Of a stretch of 64,000 nt of DNA, positions 34,276-44,548 are shown piece by piece (position 1 is the first letter of the stretch; each line of letters starts with the position of its first letter). Below the pieces are notes generated by a model. The model searched no databases. It was not told the DNA's origin and was given only the letters and a program-made list of their open reading frames with translations. The translations under genes were made by a program, and so were the position numbers. The stretch is from a bacterium (GTDB lineage: Bacteria; Vulcanimicrobiota; Vulcanimicrobiia; Vulcanimicrobiales; SCRA01): positions 6,961 to 70,960 of the forward strand of contig SCRI01000080.1 of the NCBI GenBank assembly GCA_004298675.1, given 5' to 3'.

Positions 34276-34956
34276 ATGCCGTCGGGACATTCGCACTTCA
34301 CCGAGAGCATCGAGGAGTACCTCGAAGCGATCTATCGCCTCGAGCGCGAGGGCCCTGGTGTGACGACTTCCGGGCTCGCGACCGAGTTGGGGATCTCCCC
34401 CGCCAGCGTCAGCGGCATGTTGAAGAAGTTGGCCAGCGAAGGCTATCTCGATCACGAGCCGCGTGGCGTGGCGAGCCTCACGCAGAAGGGCTTGGAGGTC
34501 GGAGCGCGGACGCTGCGCCGCCACCGTCTGGCGGAGCGGCTGCTTACCGACGTCCTGGGCATGAGCTGGGACGAGGTGCACGAGGAGGCCTGTAAGCTCG
34601 AACACGCGATCTCCGAGCGCGTCGAGGAGCGCCTGATCGTCTTCTTGGGACAACCCAAGACCTGCCCGCACGGCCATGCGATTCCGGAGGCGGACGGCAG
34701 CGAGGCTACGCTCGACTTGGCCCCGTTGGCGCAGGCGCAGCCCGGGCAGAACGTGCGCGTCGCCGGCGTCACCGATGAGGTGCCGGAGATGCTGCGCTAC
34801 CTCGGCGAGATCGGCATGATTCCCGGCGTCAACGTGCAGATCGTAGAGAAGGCTCCCTTGGGTGGCCCGGTGACGATCGCGATCGATGGCACGCGCCATG
34901 CCATCAGCTTGGAGTTGGCGCGCACGGTGCTGGTGGAGACGCCGCCCTGCGACTGA
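34276..34956 (+). CDS. DtxR/IdeR/MntR-family metal-dependent transcriptional regulator with a C-terminal FeoA/SH3-like domain
   Basis: 226 aa. SIEEYLEAIYRLEREG...TSGLATELGISPASVSGMLKKL...RRHRLAERLL...EEACKLEHAIS...CPHGHAIP. Confidence 0.9.
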   Translation: MPSGHSHFTESIEEYLEAIYRLEREGPGVTTSGLATELGISPASVSGMLKKLASEGYLDHEPRGVASLTQKGLEVGARTLRRHRLAERLLTDVLGMSWDEVHEEACKLEHAISERVEERLIVFLGQPKTCPHGHAIPEADGSEATLDLAPLAQAQPGQNVRVAGVTDEVPEMLRYLGEIGMIPGVNVQIVEKAPLGGPVTIAIDGTRHAISLELARTVLVETPPCD

Positions 34957-35603
34957 CGCCGGTCACAAAAACACTGATCGCCGTCAACGTCCTGGTTTTC
35001 GTCGCCGAGCTGCTCAGCGGAGGCACGCAGCAGGGTGCTGTCGTGCAGCTCGGGGTCGAGTACGGTCCGGCCATCGCCACAGGCGAGTGGTGGCGCATCG
35101 TCACCGCGGCCTTCCTGCACGCCGGCATCTTGCATATTCTCTTCAACATGATCGCGCTGGCGCAGGTGGGCATGGTCATCGAGCTGACCTTCGGCGCCGC
35201 GCGCATGCTGTTGCTCTACGCGGTCTCGCTGCTGGCGGCGGGATTCTCGGTGCTGCTCTTCAACTATGCGACTCCCACTCTGGGGGCGAGCGGCGCGGTG
35301 TTCGGACTCTTCGGTGCGCTGCTCGCGCTGGGGCTGCGGCGCGGAGCGGCGGGGCGGGCCCTGGTGCGGCAGTGCCTGGGTATCATCGTCCTCAATCTCG
35401 TCTACGGGTTTGCCGTCGCGGGCATCTCCAATGCGGCCCACCTCGGGGGCTTGGTGGCGGGATTTCTGCTGGGTTTGCCACTCGTGCCCGGGGCGCCGGC
35501 CCGGCGCGTCTACGCCATCGATGCGCGGGAGTCGCGTGACTATACCGGTCAGACGATCGAGCAGGAGACGGGCGAGCCACCGTACCAGGATGGCCCGCGT
35601 TAG
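34947..35603 (+). CDS. rhomboid-family intramembrane serine protease (start codon non-canonical or uncertain)
   Basis: ORF track gives 35043..35603 (GEWWRIVTAAFLHAGILHILFNM, GASGAVFG, AHLGG). The same frame is open from 34779 and encodes a typical rhomboid TM1 (LTPVTKTLIAVNVLVFVAELL) with no ATG/GTG/TTG. CTG at 34947 lies 8 nt after GGAG. Confidence 0.75.
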   Translation: MRLTPVTKTLIAVNVLVFVAELLSGGTQQGAVVQLGVEYGPAIATGEWWRIVTAAFLHAGILHILFNMIALAQVGMVIELTFGAARMLLLYAVSLLAAGFSVLLFNYATPTLGASGAVFGLFGALLALGLRRGAAGRALVRQCLGIIVLNLVYGFAVAGISNAAHLGGLVAGFLLGLPLVPGAPARRVYAIDARESRDYTGQTIEQETGEPPYQDGPR

Positions 35604-35623
35604 AAGCGAACAGACGTTCGACG

Positions 35624-37522
35624 ATGTATCTGGATGAGATCTTCGCCGCCGGCGGCCCGCTGGCGGGCGTGCTCCCCGGCTATGTTCCCCGCGCGGGGCA
35701 ACTGCAAATGGCGCGGCTGGTCGAACGTGGTTTGCTCGAAGGGATACACACCGTGGTGGAGGCGGGGACCGGCGTCGGCAAGTCTCTGGCCTACCTCGTT
35801 CCCGCGCTGCGTTCGGGCAAGAAGGTCGTCATCTCCACGGGGACGATCGCGTTGCAGGAGCAGCTGCTCACCAAGGACGTCCCGCTGGTGCAGCGCGCCC
35901 TAGGGACCGATCTGCGCGTAGCGTTGCTCAAGGGCCGCAACAACTACCTCTGCCGTGAGAAGCTGGCACGGCTGCAGCGCGACACCTTCGTTGCCTCTAG
36001 CGGCGCCATGGAGCAGATCTGGGACTGGGCGCGTTGGACGACCACCGGTGACCGCTCTGAGCTGGCGGTGCAGCCCGGTCCCGGCGAGTGGGAACAGGTG
36101 GACGCCGACGCGGACGACTGCCTGGGCGAGTTGTGTCCGTTCTACGACACGTGCTTCTATTTCCAGGCACGCGAGCGCGCTCGTTTCGCGGATCTGGTGG
36201 TGGTCAATCACGCGCTCTTCTTTCTCGATCTCGCGATGGGTGGAGCGCTGCTCCCGCCCTACGACTTCGCCGTGCTGGACGAGGCGCATCAATGCGAGTC
36301 CTGGGCTACCTCTGCACTGACCTCCACGATCTCCCAGCGCACAGTGGGGCGGATGCTGCGGCGTCTGAATCGCTACTACACGCTTGACACGGCGGTCGAG
36401 GACGAGTTGGGTGAAGGCATGCGGCGCCTGGGCAGCCGGCTCGCGGCCGTCGACCAAGACCGCTATCCACTCTCCGCCAACGCGCCGGCGCGCGAGTTGC
36501 TGCTGGAGTTGGCGCCCGCCTTCGAGCGCGCCGAGCTTTGGCTGGATGCTTCGTGGCAGAGCGCCTACCGCGGTGCGTTCGATCAGCAGGTTGCGGAGCG
36601 CCGCCGCGAGCTCTGCATGCGCGGGATCGTTGCCCATCGCCAGGCGCTGCAGCAACTGCAGAGCGCAGGCGACGAAACGATCGCCTGGGTGGAGCGCGGC
36701 GAGCCCGGGGAACGCCACCGGATCTGCGCTGCGCCGTGCGAGGTCGCCAGCTTTTTGCAGCGGGCGCTCTTCGAACGCTGCGAGAGCGTGGTGCTGACAT
36801 CGGCGACGCTGGCCGCCGATGGTTCCTTCGACTACTTGCGGCGCACGCTGGGCTACGAGCAGGCGCAGGAGTGTGTGGCGCCTTCGCCTTTCGACTACGA
36901 ACGCCAAGCGGGGCTCTACCTGGCGCCGCCGTCACTCAATCCGAAGTCGCACGATTTCGCCCGGCGCGCGGCGGCGCTGGTGGAGGAGGCCCTCGATCGC
37001 ACGCGCGGCCGCGCCTTCGTGCTCTTCACCTCATACGCGCGTATGCGCGAAGTCCACCGGCTGGTGGCGGCGCGCGTCGCCTTCCCATGCCGGATTCAAG
37101 GCGAGCTTGCGCGCTCGCAGCTCCTGTCGTGGTTCCGCCGGACGCCCTCAGCCGTGCTCTTTGCCACCGGAACGTTCTGGGAGGGCGTGGACGTCGTGGG
37201 CGAGCAGCTCTCGTGCGTGATCATCGACCGGTTGCCGTTTCCGTCGCCGGGTGATCCGCTGGTAGCGGCGCGCCTGCGCGCCATCGACAGCGCGGGTGGC
37301 TCGTCGTTCGAGGAGTATATGATTCCCGCGGCGATCACGCGCCTCAAGCAGGGTTTTGGGCGACTGATCCGCAGCGTCGAGGATCGCGGGATCGTGGTGC
37401 TGTTGGACGGACGCATTCAAAGCGAACGCTATGGTGAGGCGATCTTGCGCGCGTTACCACCCGCACGGCGCATCACCGATCTGGGCGAGATCTCCGCGTT
37501 CTTGGGCGACTCGACGGGGTAA
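35624..37522 (+). CDS. dinG: ATP-dependent DNA helicase, DinG/XPD family with an Fe-S cluster domain
   Basis: 632 aa. Walker A EAGTGVGKSLAYL, a four-Cys cluster (YLCREKL...DDCLGELCPFYDTCFY), DEAHQ and C-terminal helicase motifs. Confidence 0.9.
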   Translation: MYLDEIFAAGGPLAGVLPGYVPRAGQLQMARLVERGLLEGIHTVVEAGTGVGKSLAYLVPALRSGKKVVISTGTIALQEQLLTKDVPLVQRALGTDLRVALLKGRNNYLCREKLARLQRDTFVASSGAMEQIWDWARWTTTGDRSELAVQPGPGEWEQVDADADDCLGELCPFYDTCFYFQARERARFADLVVVNHALFFLDLAMGGALLPPYDFAVLDEAHQCESWATSALTSTISQRTVGRMLRRLNRYYTLDTAVEDELGEGMRRLGSRLAAVDQDRYPLSANAPARELLLELAPAFERAELWLDASWQSAYRGAFDQQVAERRRELCMRGIVAHRQALQQLQSAGDETIAWVERGEPGERHRICAAPCEVASFLQRALFERCESVVLTSATLAADGSFDYLRRTLGYEQAQECVAPSPFDYERQAGLYLAPPSLNPKSHDFARRAAALVEEALDRTRGRAFVLFTSYARMREVHRLVAARVAFPCRIQGELARSQLLSWFRRTPSAVLFATGTFWEGVDVVGEQLSCVIIDRLPFPSPGDPLVAARLRAIDSAGGSSFEEYMIPAAITRLKQGFGRLIRSVEDRGIVVLLDGRIQSERYGEAILRALPPARRITDLGEISAFLGDSTG

Positions 37523-37568
37523 CAGGCGTCACTACGGCGGCGCGCCGGAGGTGCTAAGGTAAACGCAA

Positions 37569-37787
37569 ATGGATCGCGTGCGCTTCGTTCCACTCGGCGA
37601 GAAGACGCAGCCGCAGTGCTGGAACTGCAAGCGCGTGGTGGTAGGCGTCCCCGATGCGCGCTATTTGTATCGCGTCGACGGCCGTGCCGTAACCGAAGCG
37701 TGGTACCGCTGCGATGGCTGCGGTGCGTATGTGAACGTGCGGCGCGAAGGCGTTTTACACGTCGAGCGCGCCGCACGTAGCACCTGA
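37569..37787 (+). CDS. small zinc-ribbon protein (hypothetical)
   Basis: 72 aa with two CxxC pairs (CWNCKR ... CDGCGAY). AAGG lies about 9 nt upstream of the ATG. Confidence 0.5.
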   Translation: MDRVRFVPLGEKTQPQCWNCKRVVVGVPDARYLYRVDGRAVTEAWYRCDGCGAYVNVRREGVLHVERAARST

Positions 37788-37789
37788 AC

Positions 37790-38347
37790 TCAGGCGATGC
37801 TGTTGTGTACCGTCTTGTACGACGCGTACCACGCCAGCAGCGCGGTCACGATGCCGAGCCAGCCGCCGGCTACCGTGAGCCCAGCCGCGGAGAACCACGC
37901 ACCGAGCCAGAGCAGGACAAAGGTGATGAACAGGGCGACGAAGACCCACATCACCGGCGGATTGTTGATGCGGAACGACTCCAGCATCATGTAGCCGGTG
38001 AAGATGGTCCAGGCGCCCAAGAGCCACGTCAGATCGAGTCCGACGTTACCAGACTTCCCAGCCCAGAACCACACATAGAAAGCGGTGCCCAACCAGAAGG
38101 CGCCGTACGAGGAGAAGGCTGTGGCGCCGAAGGTATTGCCGGCTGCGAATTCCCACATGCCGGCGAAGAGCTGTGCGAGTCCTCCATAGAAGAGCGCGAA
38201 GCCGATCCAGGCGTCGGAGTGTGGGATGAGACCGGCGTTGGCGCCCGAGAGCAGAAATGTGGTGAGGGCGAATCCGGCTAGGCCGAGGCCCGCCGGATTC
38301 CCCAGCTTGGGGGCTGGAGCGGAACTACCCATTCGGTAAACCTCCAA
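37790..38347 (-). CDS. satP: acetate uptake transporter, GPR1/FUN34/YaaH (SatP) family
   Basis: 185 aa. NPAGLGLAGFALTTF...FYGGLAQLFAGMWEFAAGNTFGATAFSSYGAFW is the family signature. It is divergent from acs. Confidence 0.9.
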   Translation of the reverse strand: MEVYRMGSSAPAPKLGNPAGLGLAGFALTTFLLSGANAGLIPHSDAWIGFALFYGGLAQLFAGMWEFAAGNTFGATAFSSYGAFWLGTAFYVWFWAGKSGNVGLDLTWLLGAWTIFTGYMMLESFRINNPPVMWVFVALFITFVLLWLGAWFSAAGLTVAGGWLGIVTALLAWYASYKTVHNSIA

Positions 38348-38552
38348 TCAAGCGTGGTGTCTAGTGTGTTGCGAACGAACCACTGGGCTGGAGTACCGGT
38401 TTTCCTGGAATGCTAGGTTCTCGCTCGCTTGACTCCCACCCCCTGGTGGCGGCCTGCTCCTTGCTTGCGCGAGGGGGGACCCCGGTGCGCCCGGGTATAA
38501 GGTACGTTCCGGACATAGCGCATCTTCAACACCACGGCATTCGGAGGCTCAT

Positions 38553-40532
38553 ATGCTCGAACAGCATCAGCAGGCCATCGAGGCGCTCTTCGCGGAAAAC
38601 CGCACCTTCCCGCCATCCGAGGATTTCAAGAAGCACGCGCAGTGGAACGATCCCAAAATCTACGAGATCGCGGCCAAGGATCCTGACGCGTTTTGGGCCT
38701 CGCAGGCGGAGCGGCTCGACTGGTATCGCAAGTGGGATACCGTTCTAAAATGGGATGACCAGACCAAGGTCGCCCGCTGGTTCGACGGCGGCAAGCTCAA
38801 TGCCAGTTACAACTGCCTGGACCGCCACGTCAAGAGCGGCCACGGTAAGCAAGTCGCCTATTTCTGGGAAGGCGAGCCGGGCGATGCCCGCACGCTGACT
38901 TACGCTGATCTTCTCAACGAGACGTGCCGCCTCGCCAACGGGCTGAAGTCCTTAGGCGTGAAGAAGGGCGATCGCGTCGCCATTTATATGGGCATGGTTC
39001 CCGAGCTTCCCGTGGCCTTGTTGGCGTGCGCGCGCATCGGTGCCATCCACTCGGTGGTGTTCGGCGGCTTCTCGTCCGACAGCCTGCGCGACCGCATCAT
39101 CGACGGCGAGTGCAAGGTGCTGATCACGCAGGACCAGGGCTGGCGTCGCGGCGGAAAGATCCTGCTCAAGCAGATCGCCGACGAGGCGGTCAAGGACACC
39201 CCCAGCATCGAGAAGGTGGTCGTGCTCAAGCGCGTGGGCGACCCCATCGACATGAAGGGCGGGCGCGACGTCTGGTACCACGAGCTGGTTGCCAAGCAGA
39301 GCCAAGAGTGCGCACCGGAGCAGATGGATGCCGAGGATCCGCTCTACATCCTGTATTCGAGCGGTACCACCGCGAAACCCAAGGGCATCGTCCATACGAC
39401 CGGCGGCTACATGACCGGCGTGGCCTCGACGCACAAGTACGTCTTCGATTTGCGCGAGGACGAGGACGTCTTCTGGTGCACGGCCGACATCGGCTGGGTC
39501 ACCGGGCACTCGTACATCGTGTACGGGCCTCTTGCCAATAGATCGACCGGCGTCATCTATGAAGGCACGCCCGACTTCCCGGACAAGGACCGCTTCTGGG
39601 CCCTGATCGAGAAGTACAAGATCTCCATTCTCTACACCGCGCCGACGGCGATCCGCACCTTCATGAAGTGGGGCACCGAGTATCCCGACAAGCACAACAT
39701 GAAGTCGCTGCGGCTGATCGGCTCCGTGGGCGAGCCCATCAATCCCGAAGCGTGGATCTGGTACAACCAGCACATCGGCGGAGAGCGCTGCCCCGTGGTC
39801 GACACGTGGTGGCAGACCGAGACGGGGATGATCATGGTCACCCCGCTGCCGGGTCTCACGGCCACCAAGCCCGGGTCGGCCACCCAGCCCTTCCCCGGCG
39901 TCTTTGCCGACGTCGTGAACGAGAAGGGTGAGTCGGTTCCTTTGGGCGGCGGCGGCTATATCGTCATCACCCGGCCCTGGCCGGCGATGCTGCGCACGCT
40001 CTGGCGGGACCACGACCGCTACCTCAAGACGTACTGGAGCAAGTTCCCCAAGCAGGGTTACTACTTCCCGGCCGACGGTTGCAAGCGCGACGAGGACGGG
40101 TACTACTGGCTGCTCGGCCGCGTGGACGACGTGATGAACGTCAGCGGCCACCGCATCTCCACCACCGAGGTGGAGAGCGCCTTCGTCGACCATCCCGAAG
40201 TCGCCGAGACGGCCGTGGTCTCCAAGCACGATCCCATCACGGGCGAGGCGATCGCGGCGTTCGTCACCCTCAAGGGCGGCGGCAACGGTTCGCCGGAGAA
40301 GGCCGACGAGCTGCGCAAGCACGTGGCCTCGAAGATCGGCGCGTTCGCGCGGCCGAAGTACATCACGTTCACGCCGGACCTCCCCAAGACGCGTAGCGGC
40401 AAGATCATGCGCCGCCTGTTGCGCGACGTCATGGAGGAGCGGCCGCTGGGCGACACCACGACGCTGGCCGACGCTGGCGTGGTGAAACACATCGCGGAGA
40501 TGGCGCAGACGGCGGCTAAAGCCGACGAGTAG
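38553..40532 (+). CDS. acs: acetyl-CoA synthetase
   Basis: 659 aa. YSSGTTAKPKG AMP-binding motif, WWQTETG and C-terminal PKTRSGKIMRR. GGAGG lies 5 nt upstream of the ATG. Confidence 0.95.
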   Translation: MLEQHQQAIEALFAENRTFPPSEDFKKHAQWNDPKIYEIAAKDPDAFWASQAERLDWYRKWDTVLKWDDQTKVARWFDGGKLNASYNCLDRHVKSGHGKQVAYFWEGEPGDARTLTYADLLNETCRLANGLKSLGVKKGDRVAIYMGMVPELPVALLACARIGAIHSVVFGGFSSDSLRDRIIDGECKVLITQDQGWRRGGKILLKQIADEAVKDTPSIEKVVVLKRVGDPIDMKGGRDVWYHELVAKQSQECAPEQMDAEDPLYILYSSGTTAKPKGIVHTTGGYMTGVASTHKYVFDLREDEDVFWCTADIGWVTGHSYIVYGPLANRSTGVIYEGTPDFPDKDRFWALIEKYKISILYTAPTAIRTFMKWGTEYPDKHNMKSLRLIGSVGEPINPEAWIWYNQHIGGERCPVVDTWWQTETGMIMVTPLPGLTATKPGSATQPFPGVFADVVNEKGESVPLGGGGYIVITRPWPAMLRTLWRDHDRYLKTYWSKFPKQGYYFPADGCKRDEDGYYWLLGRVDDVMNVSGHRISTTEVESAFVDHPEVAETAVVSKHDPITGEAIAAFVTLKGGGNGSPEKADELRKHVASKIGAFARPKYITFTPDLPKTRSGKIMRRLLRDVMEERPLGDTTTLADAGVVKHIAEMAQTAAKADE

Positions 40533-40561
40533 CCGCCTGCGGGGACCAGGCGCGAGGCAGG

Positions 40562-40583
40562 GGCCGCCCGTTCGGGCGGCCCT
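40562..40583 (+). terminator. hairpin 3' of acs
   Basis: GGGCCGCCC-gttc-GGGCGGCCC, a perfect 9-bp stem 30 nt after the acs stop, followed by a weak T content (TCGGCGTT). Confidence 0.45.
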
Positions 40584-40600
40584 CGGCGTTACCGCGTTCT

Positions 40601-40628
40601 TGACGCGCGCACGCCGGCGTGGTAGCCT
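40601..40628 (+). promoter_or_regulatory. candidate sigma-70 promoter of the hrcA operon
   Basis: TTGACG (40601-06), 16-nt spacer, TAGCCT (40623-28), immediately upstream of the CIRCE repeat. Confidence 0.45.
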
Positions 40629-40632
40629 CTCG

Positions 40633-40659
40633 CTAGCAGTCTCGAAAAGTGAGTGCCAA
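40633..40659 (+). promoter_or_regulatory. CIRCE operator (HrcA binding site)
   Basis: CTAGCAGTC-N9-GAGTGCCAA versus consensus TTAGCACTC-N9-GAGTGCTAA, 15 of 18 positions. It lies directly upstream of, and overlapping, the first possible hrcA start. Confidence 0.7.
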
Positions 40660-41737
40660 TAGTAACGTGCCGGAGTCTCTGCCGCGTGTGCCCGAGCTGG
40701 ATAAGCGCAAGGCGTACATCCTAACGACCGTCGTCTACGAATATATCGCGACGGCGGAGCCGGTAGGTTCGGCGACCCTGACCCAAAAGTACAATTTGGG
40801 TGTGAGCTCCGCGACGATACGCAATGAGATGGCCGAGCTGGAGGCCCGCGGCTACCTCGTGCAACCGCACACCTCCGCCGGCCGCGTTCCCTCGGATACC
40901 GGTTATCGTACCTACGTCGATCGCCTCATGCCGGCCGAGACCTTAGGGAGCGAAGAGAGCGGGCGGCTGCGGGCCGAGTTCATGCGTGCCGGGCGGGCGC
41001 TCGACGAGATCGTCGAGCAAGCCACGCGTCTACTGGCCCAATATTCACAGAGCCTGGCGGTGGTCGTCGCGCCCAGCAAGGACAGCCAGACCTTCCGCCA
41101 CCTCCAGCTCATCTGGCTGGCCGAGCGTTCGGTTTTAATGGTCGTGGTTACGACCGCGGGCGTCACCGAGCAGCACGTGATCGAGCCGGCGGTCAACGTC
41201 GATCCCGACGATTTGACGCGCGCCTCCAACGCGCTCAACCGGCGCCTCTCGGGCAAGCTGCTGGCCGAGCTCGACCGCACCGCGGTGAGCGACGTGCTTG
41301 CGGCCATGAGCCCTCCGCTGCATGCCTCGCTGGTCGACGGCGTCGTGGCCGGGTTCGCTCGCGTCCGCCGCCCGGAGGAGCGGCGCATCCTCTTCGGCGG
41401 GGCCCAGCATCTGCTCGATCAGCCGGAGTTCCGCGACTTCAAGAAGCTGCGCTCGATCCTCGACTTGGTCGAGGAGCAGCGCACGTTGTACCACGTCGTC
41501 CTGGAGTCGATCGAGCGCGGCGAATCGACGCCGTCCGTGCGCATCGGCGGCGAGCTCGAGTTGGACGACATCAACGAGTGCAGCCTGGTGACGATCCCCT
41601 ATCGTATGGGTGACCGTTCGTTGGGCGTGCTGGCGATCTTGGGGGCGCGACGGATGCCGTACGGGCGCATGATGGCGCTCATCGCGGCCACGGCCGACCA
41701 CCTCAGTCAACACCTCACCGACGTCGAATTGCCGTAG
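40649..41737 (+). CDS. hrcA: heat-inducible transcription repressor HrcA
   Basis: 362 aa as the longest ORF. ...[21 protein letters not shown]... winged helix, then the HrcA C-terminal domain. The GTG at 40649 lies inside CIRCE. In-frame GTGs at 40667 and 40688 are alternative starts, and 40688 fits homologue length best. Confidence 0.9.
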   Translation: MSANSNVPESLPRVPELDKRKAYILTTVVYEYIATAEPVGSATLTQKYNLGVSSATIRNEMAELEARGYLVQPHTSAGRVPSDTGYRTYVDRLMPAETLGSEESGRLRAEFMRAGRALDEIVEQATRLLAQYSQSLAVVVAPSKDSQTFRHLQLIWLAERSVLMVVVTTAGVTEQHVIEPAVNVDPDDLTRASNALNRRLSGKLLAELDRTAVSDVLAAMSPPLHASLVDGVVAGFARVRRPEERRILFGGAQHLLDQPEFRDFKKLRSILDLVEEQRTLYHVVLESIERGESTPSVRIGGELELDDINECSLVTIPYRMGDRSLGVLAILGARRMPYGRMMALIAATADHLSQHLTDVELP

Positions 41738-41754
41738 AATCGAGTCTCTTGCGC

Positions 41755-42894
41755 ATGCCTACCCGCGACTACTATGAAGTTCTCGGCGTCTCACGTGGTG
41801 CCACCGAAAGTGATATCAAGCGTGCCTATCGTCAGTTGGCGCGTAAGTACCACCCCGACGTAGCCGAGGACAAGGCCAGCGCGGGCGAGCGCTTCAAAGA
41901 GATCAACGAGGCCTACGAAGTGCTCTCGGACGTTCACAAGCGCGAGCAGTACGACCGCTTCGGAACGGTAGGCAACGGTGCCGGCGGCTCGGGTTTCGGC
42001 GGCTTCGGAGATTTTGGTCCCTTCGCGGGCGAGGGTTTTGGCGAGATCTTCGACATGTTCTTCGGCGGCGGACGCTCGCAAGGACGCGGGCGCGGCGGCG
42101 TGCAGCGCGGCAGCGACCTGCGCTACGATCTCGAGATCACGCTCGAGGAGGCCTATAGCGGGGTCGATCGCGAGATCTCCTACAGCCATCTCGGCCAGTG
42201 CTCAACCTGCGAGGGCAGCGGCTGCGCGCCGGGTACGAAGCCGCAGCCGTGCGTGCAGTGCGGCGGCAGCGGGCAACTCCGTCAAGTGCGCTCGACGCCG
42301 CTGGGACAGTTCGTCACCACCGCGCCGTGCACGCGCTGCGGCGGCGAGGGGCGCATCATTCCCTCACCCTGCGCGGTCTGCCATGGCCGCGGCCGCATGG
42401 AGATCGAGCGCCGCATCACGGTGCACATTCCGGCCGGGGTAGACGACGGTTCGCGCATCCGCGTCGCGGGTAGCGGTGAAGCCGGCGTGCACGGCGGCCA
42501 ACCCGGCGATCTGTACGTTTACCTCAGCGTCAGCGAGCACGAATTGTTCCGGCGCGACGGTTTGGATCTCGCGCTCCCGGTGCCGGTGACCTTCCCGCAG
42601 GCCGCGCTCGGCGGCGACGTAACGATCCCAACGCTGAGCGGTGAGCCGGCGGTGCTGCACGTGCCGGCGGGCACGCAGACGGCGACGATCTTTCGCGTGC
42701 GCGGGAAAGGCATGCCCAGCGTACGTGGCGGCGGCTTCGGCGATCTGCTCGTGCATGTCAATGTCGTCGTGCCGCGCAGACTCACCAAACGCCAGCGTGA
42801 GATCTTGGAAGAGTTCGCGCGCGCCGGCGGCGATCAGGTGGAGGAAGATAAGACCTTCTTCGATCGCGTGAAGGACGCGTTCGGCGTCGAATGA
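41755..42894 (+). CDS. dnaJ: molecular chaperone DnaJ
   Basis: [12 protein letters not shown]...HPD J-domain, a G/F-rich region and four CxxCxGxG zinc-finger repeats. The ORF track starts 2 codons earlier at a TTG. Confidence 0.95.
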   Translation: MPTRDYYEVLGVSRGATESDIKRAYRQLARKYHPDVAEDKASAGERFKEINEAYEVLSDVHKREQYDRFGTVGNGAGGSGFGGFGDFGPFAGEGFGEIFDMFFGGGRSQGRGRGGVQRGSDLRYDLEITLEEAYSGVDREISYSHLGQCSTCEGSGCAPGTKPQPCVQCGGSGQLRQVRSTPLGQFVTTAPCTRCGGEGRIIPSPCAVCHGRGRMEIERRITVHIPAGVDDGSRIRVAGSGEAGVHGGQPGDLYVYLSVSEHELFRRDGLDLALPVPVTFPQAALGGDVTIPTLSGEPAVLHVPAGTQTATIFRVRGKGMPSVRGGGFGDLLVHVNVVVPRRLTKRQREILEEFARAGGDQVEEDKTFFDRVKDAFGVE

Positions 42895-43739
42895 GCCGCT
42901 GGATCGAGGTCGCCGTCGGCGTGGAGACGTCCGGTGAGCTCGCGATCGTTGAGGCCGCGGCGAGCGCGTACGCGCTACGCGGAACGGCCATCCAGAGTGA
43001 CCCGCCCATGCTGCGCGCATGGTTCTCCGAAGACGAGCGGGCGGGCGTGGAGGCCATGAGCGCCGCTATCGTCGCCGCGCTTCCGCAGGCGCGGACCACG
43101 GCCACGTCGATCGAGGACGCCGGCTGGAGTGAGGCCTGGCGCGAGCATTTTCACGCGCAGCATATCGGCGGGATCGCCATCGTACCGTCGTGGGAGCGCG
43201 AGACGTTCGCAGATGCGGTGCGTGCGATCGTCGAGATCGATCCCGGTCAAGCCTTCGGCACCGGACTGCACCCCACGACGCGCGGCGTGCTGCTCGCACT
43301 TCAGGAACTCGACTTGGATGGGTGTACCGTCACCGACGTCGGCACGGGCTCGGGTATCTTGGCGCTCGCCGTGGCCAGACTTGGGGCGCGGCGGGTCCAC
43401 GCCTGTGACATCGATCCCGTGGCGGTGCGCGCGGCGCGTGAGAACGTGCGGCGCAACGGCTTGGAGTCGCGTGTGCACGTAGCGCGCTGCTCAGCCGATC
43501 TCTCCGGCGTGCCGAGCGCGCGGATCGTGACGGCCAATCTCACGGCCGGCATCGCTCTCGCGCTGGCGCGGGCGCTGCGGGCCCTGGTCGAGCCTGCGGG
43601 GACGCTCCTGCTTGCGGGCATCGTCGGAGCGCGCGAGCGCGAGGTGCTGCAGGCATTCGAGCCGCTGGGGTTTACGGTGAGAGCGCGCCGGGCCGAGGGT
43701 GAGTGGGTGGGCCTCGCGCTGGGCGTCCCCGCCGCGTGA
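42891..43739 (+). CDS. prmA: ribosomal protein L11 methyltransferase
   Basis: 282 aa with SAM motif [20 protein letters not shown]...ACDIDP. ATGA overlap with dnaJ. The dnaJ-prmA-rsmE order matches Bacillus. Confidence 0.9.
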   Translation: MSRWIEVAVGVETSGELAIVEAAASAYALRGTAIQSDPPMLRAWFSEDERAGVEAMSAAIVAALPQARTTATSIEDAGWSEAWREHFHAQHIGGIAIVPSWERETFADAVRAIVEIDPGQAFGTGLHPTTRGVLLALQELDLDGCTVTDVGTGSGILALAVARLGARRVHACDIDPVAVRAARENVRRNGLESRVHVARCSADLSGVPSARIVTANLTAGIALALARALRALVEPAGTLLLAGIVGAREREVLQAFEPLGFTVRARRAEGEWVGLALGVPAA

Positions 43740-44470
43740 GCCGCTTCTTCGTCGAGGGCACCTTTGACGTCGGCGATCGTGTGGAGCTGGAGGGCGGCGA
43801 CGCGCGCAAGCTGGCCGGAGTTTTGCGCGCGGTGCCGGGCGATCGCGTGGATATCCTCGACGGGCACAGCCGGCGTTTCGCGGGTCTGGTGCGCGAAGTC
43901 GGACGCGATCGCGTCAGCGTGGAGCTAGCCGCCGCGCTGACGGAGCCGCCGCGCGAGGCCGGCCTCGCGATCACGCTCGCGCAGGGCATTCCCAAGGGCC
44001 AGAAGATGGACTTCGTCGTCGAGAAGGCGGTGGAGCTTGGCGTGCGGACGATCGTGCCGCTGGTGAGCGAGCGCACGATCGCGCGCCCGCAGGGCGCGGA
44101 CGGCAAAGTGGAGCGCTGGCGGCGGCTGGCCAAGAGTGCGGCGCTGCAATGCGGCCGCGAGCGCGTGCCCGAGGTCAGGACCCCGCTGGATCTCGCCGGG
44201 GTACTTCAGTTGGGTGCCGCCCACGATGCCGTGGTGATGCCGTGGGAGTTGGCCGAGCAGCGCCCGCTGCGCGAGCGGCTAGCCGATTTCGGCGCCGCAG
44301 GCAGTATCCTGGTCATCGTGGGCCCGGAGGGCGGTCTCTCGCAGCACGAAGCCGAACGGGCGCGCCTCGCTGGGGCGCACCTGATCTCCCTTGGCCCGCG
44401 TATCCTGCGCACCGAGACGGTCGCGCTCGTGCTGATCGCGGCGCTGTACGCGTTGCGCGGCGAGCTCTAG
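43736..44470 (+). CDS. rsmE: 16S rRNA (uracil1498-N3)-methyltransferase
   Basis: GTG at 43736 forms a GTGA overlap with the prmA stop. (M)SRFFVEG... N-terminus and C-terminal IVGPEGGLS...LGPRILRTET SPOUT motif. Confidence 0.9.
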   Translation: MSRFFVEGTFDVGDRVELEGGDARKLAGVLRAVPGDRVDILDGHSRRFAGLVREVGRDRVSVELAAALTEPPREAGLAITLAQGIPKGQKMDFVVEKAVELGVRTIVPLVSERTIARPQGADGKVERWRRLAKSAALQCGRERVPEVRTPLDLAGVLQLGAAHDAVVMPWELAEQRPLRERLADFGAAGSILVIVGPEGGLSQHEAERARLAGAHLISLGPRILRTETVALVLIAALYALRGEL

Positions 44471-44548
44471 ACGGCGCGCGCGCACGGGGATTCCACCCTG
44501 TGCACGACGTATCTACGGGGAATACCCGAATTTCCCGAGGCAGGCTGT

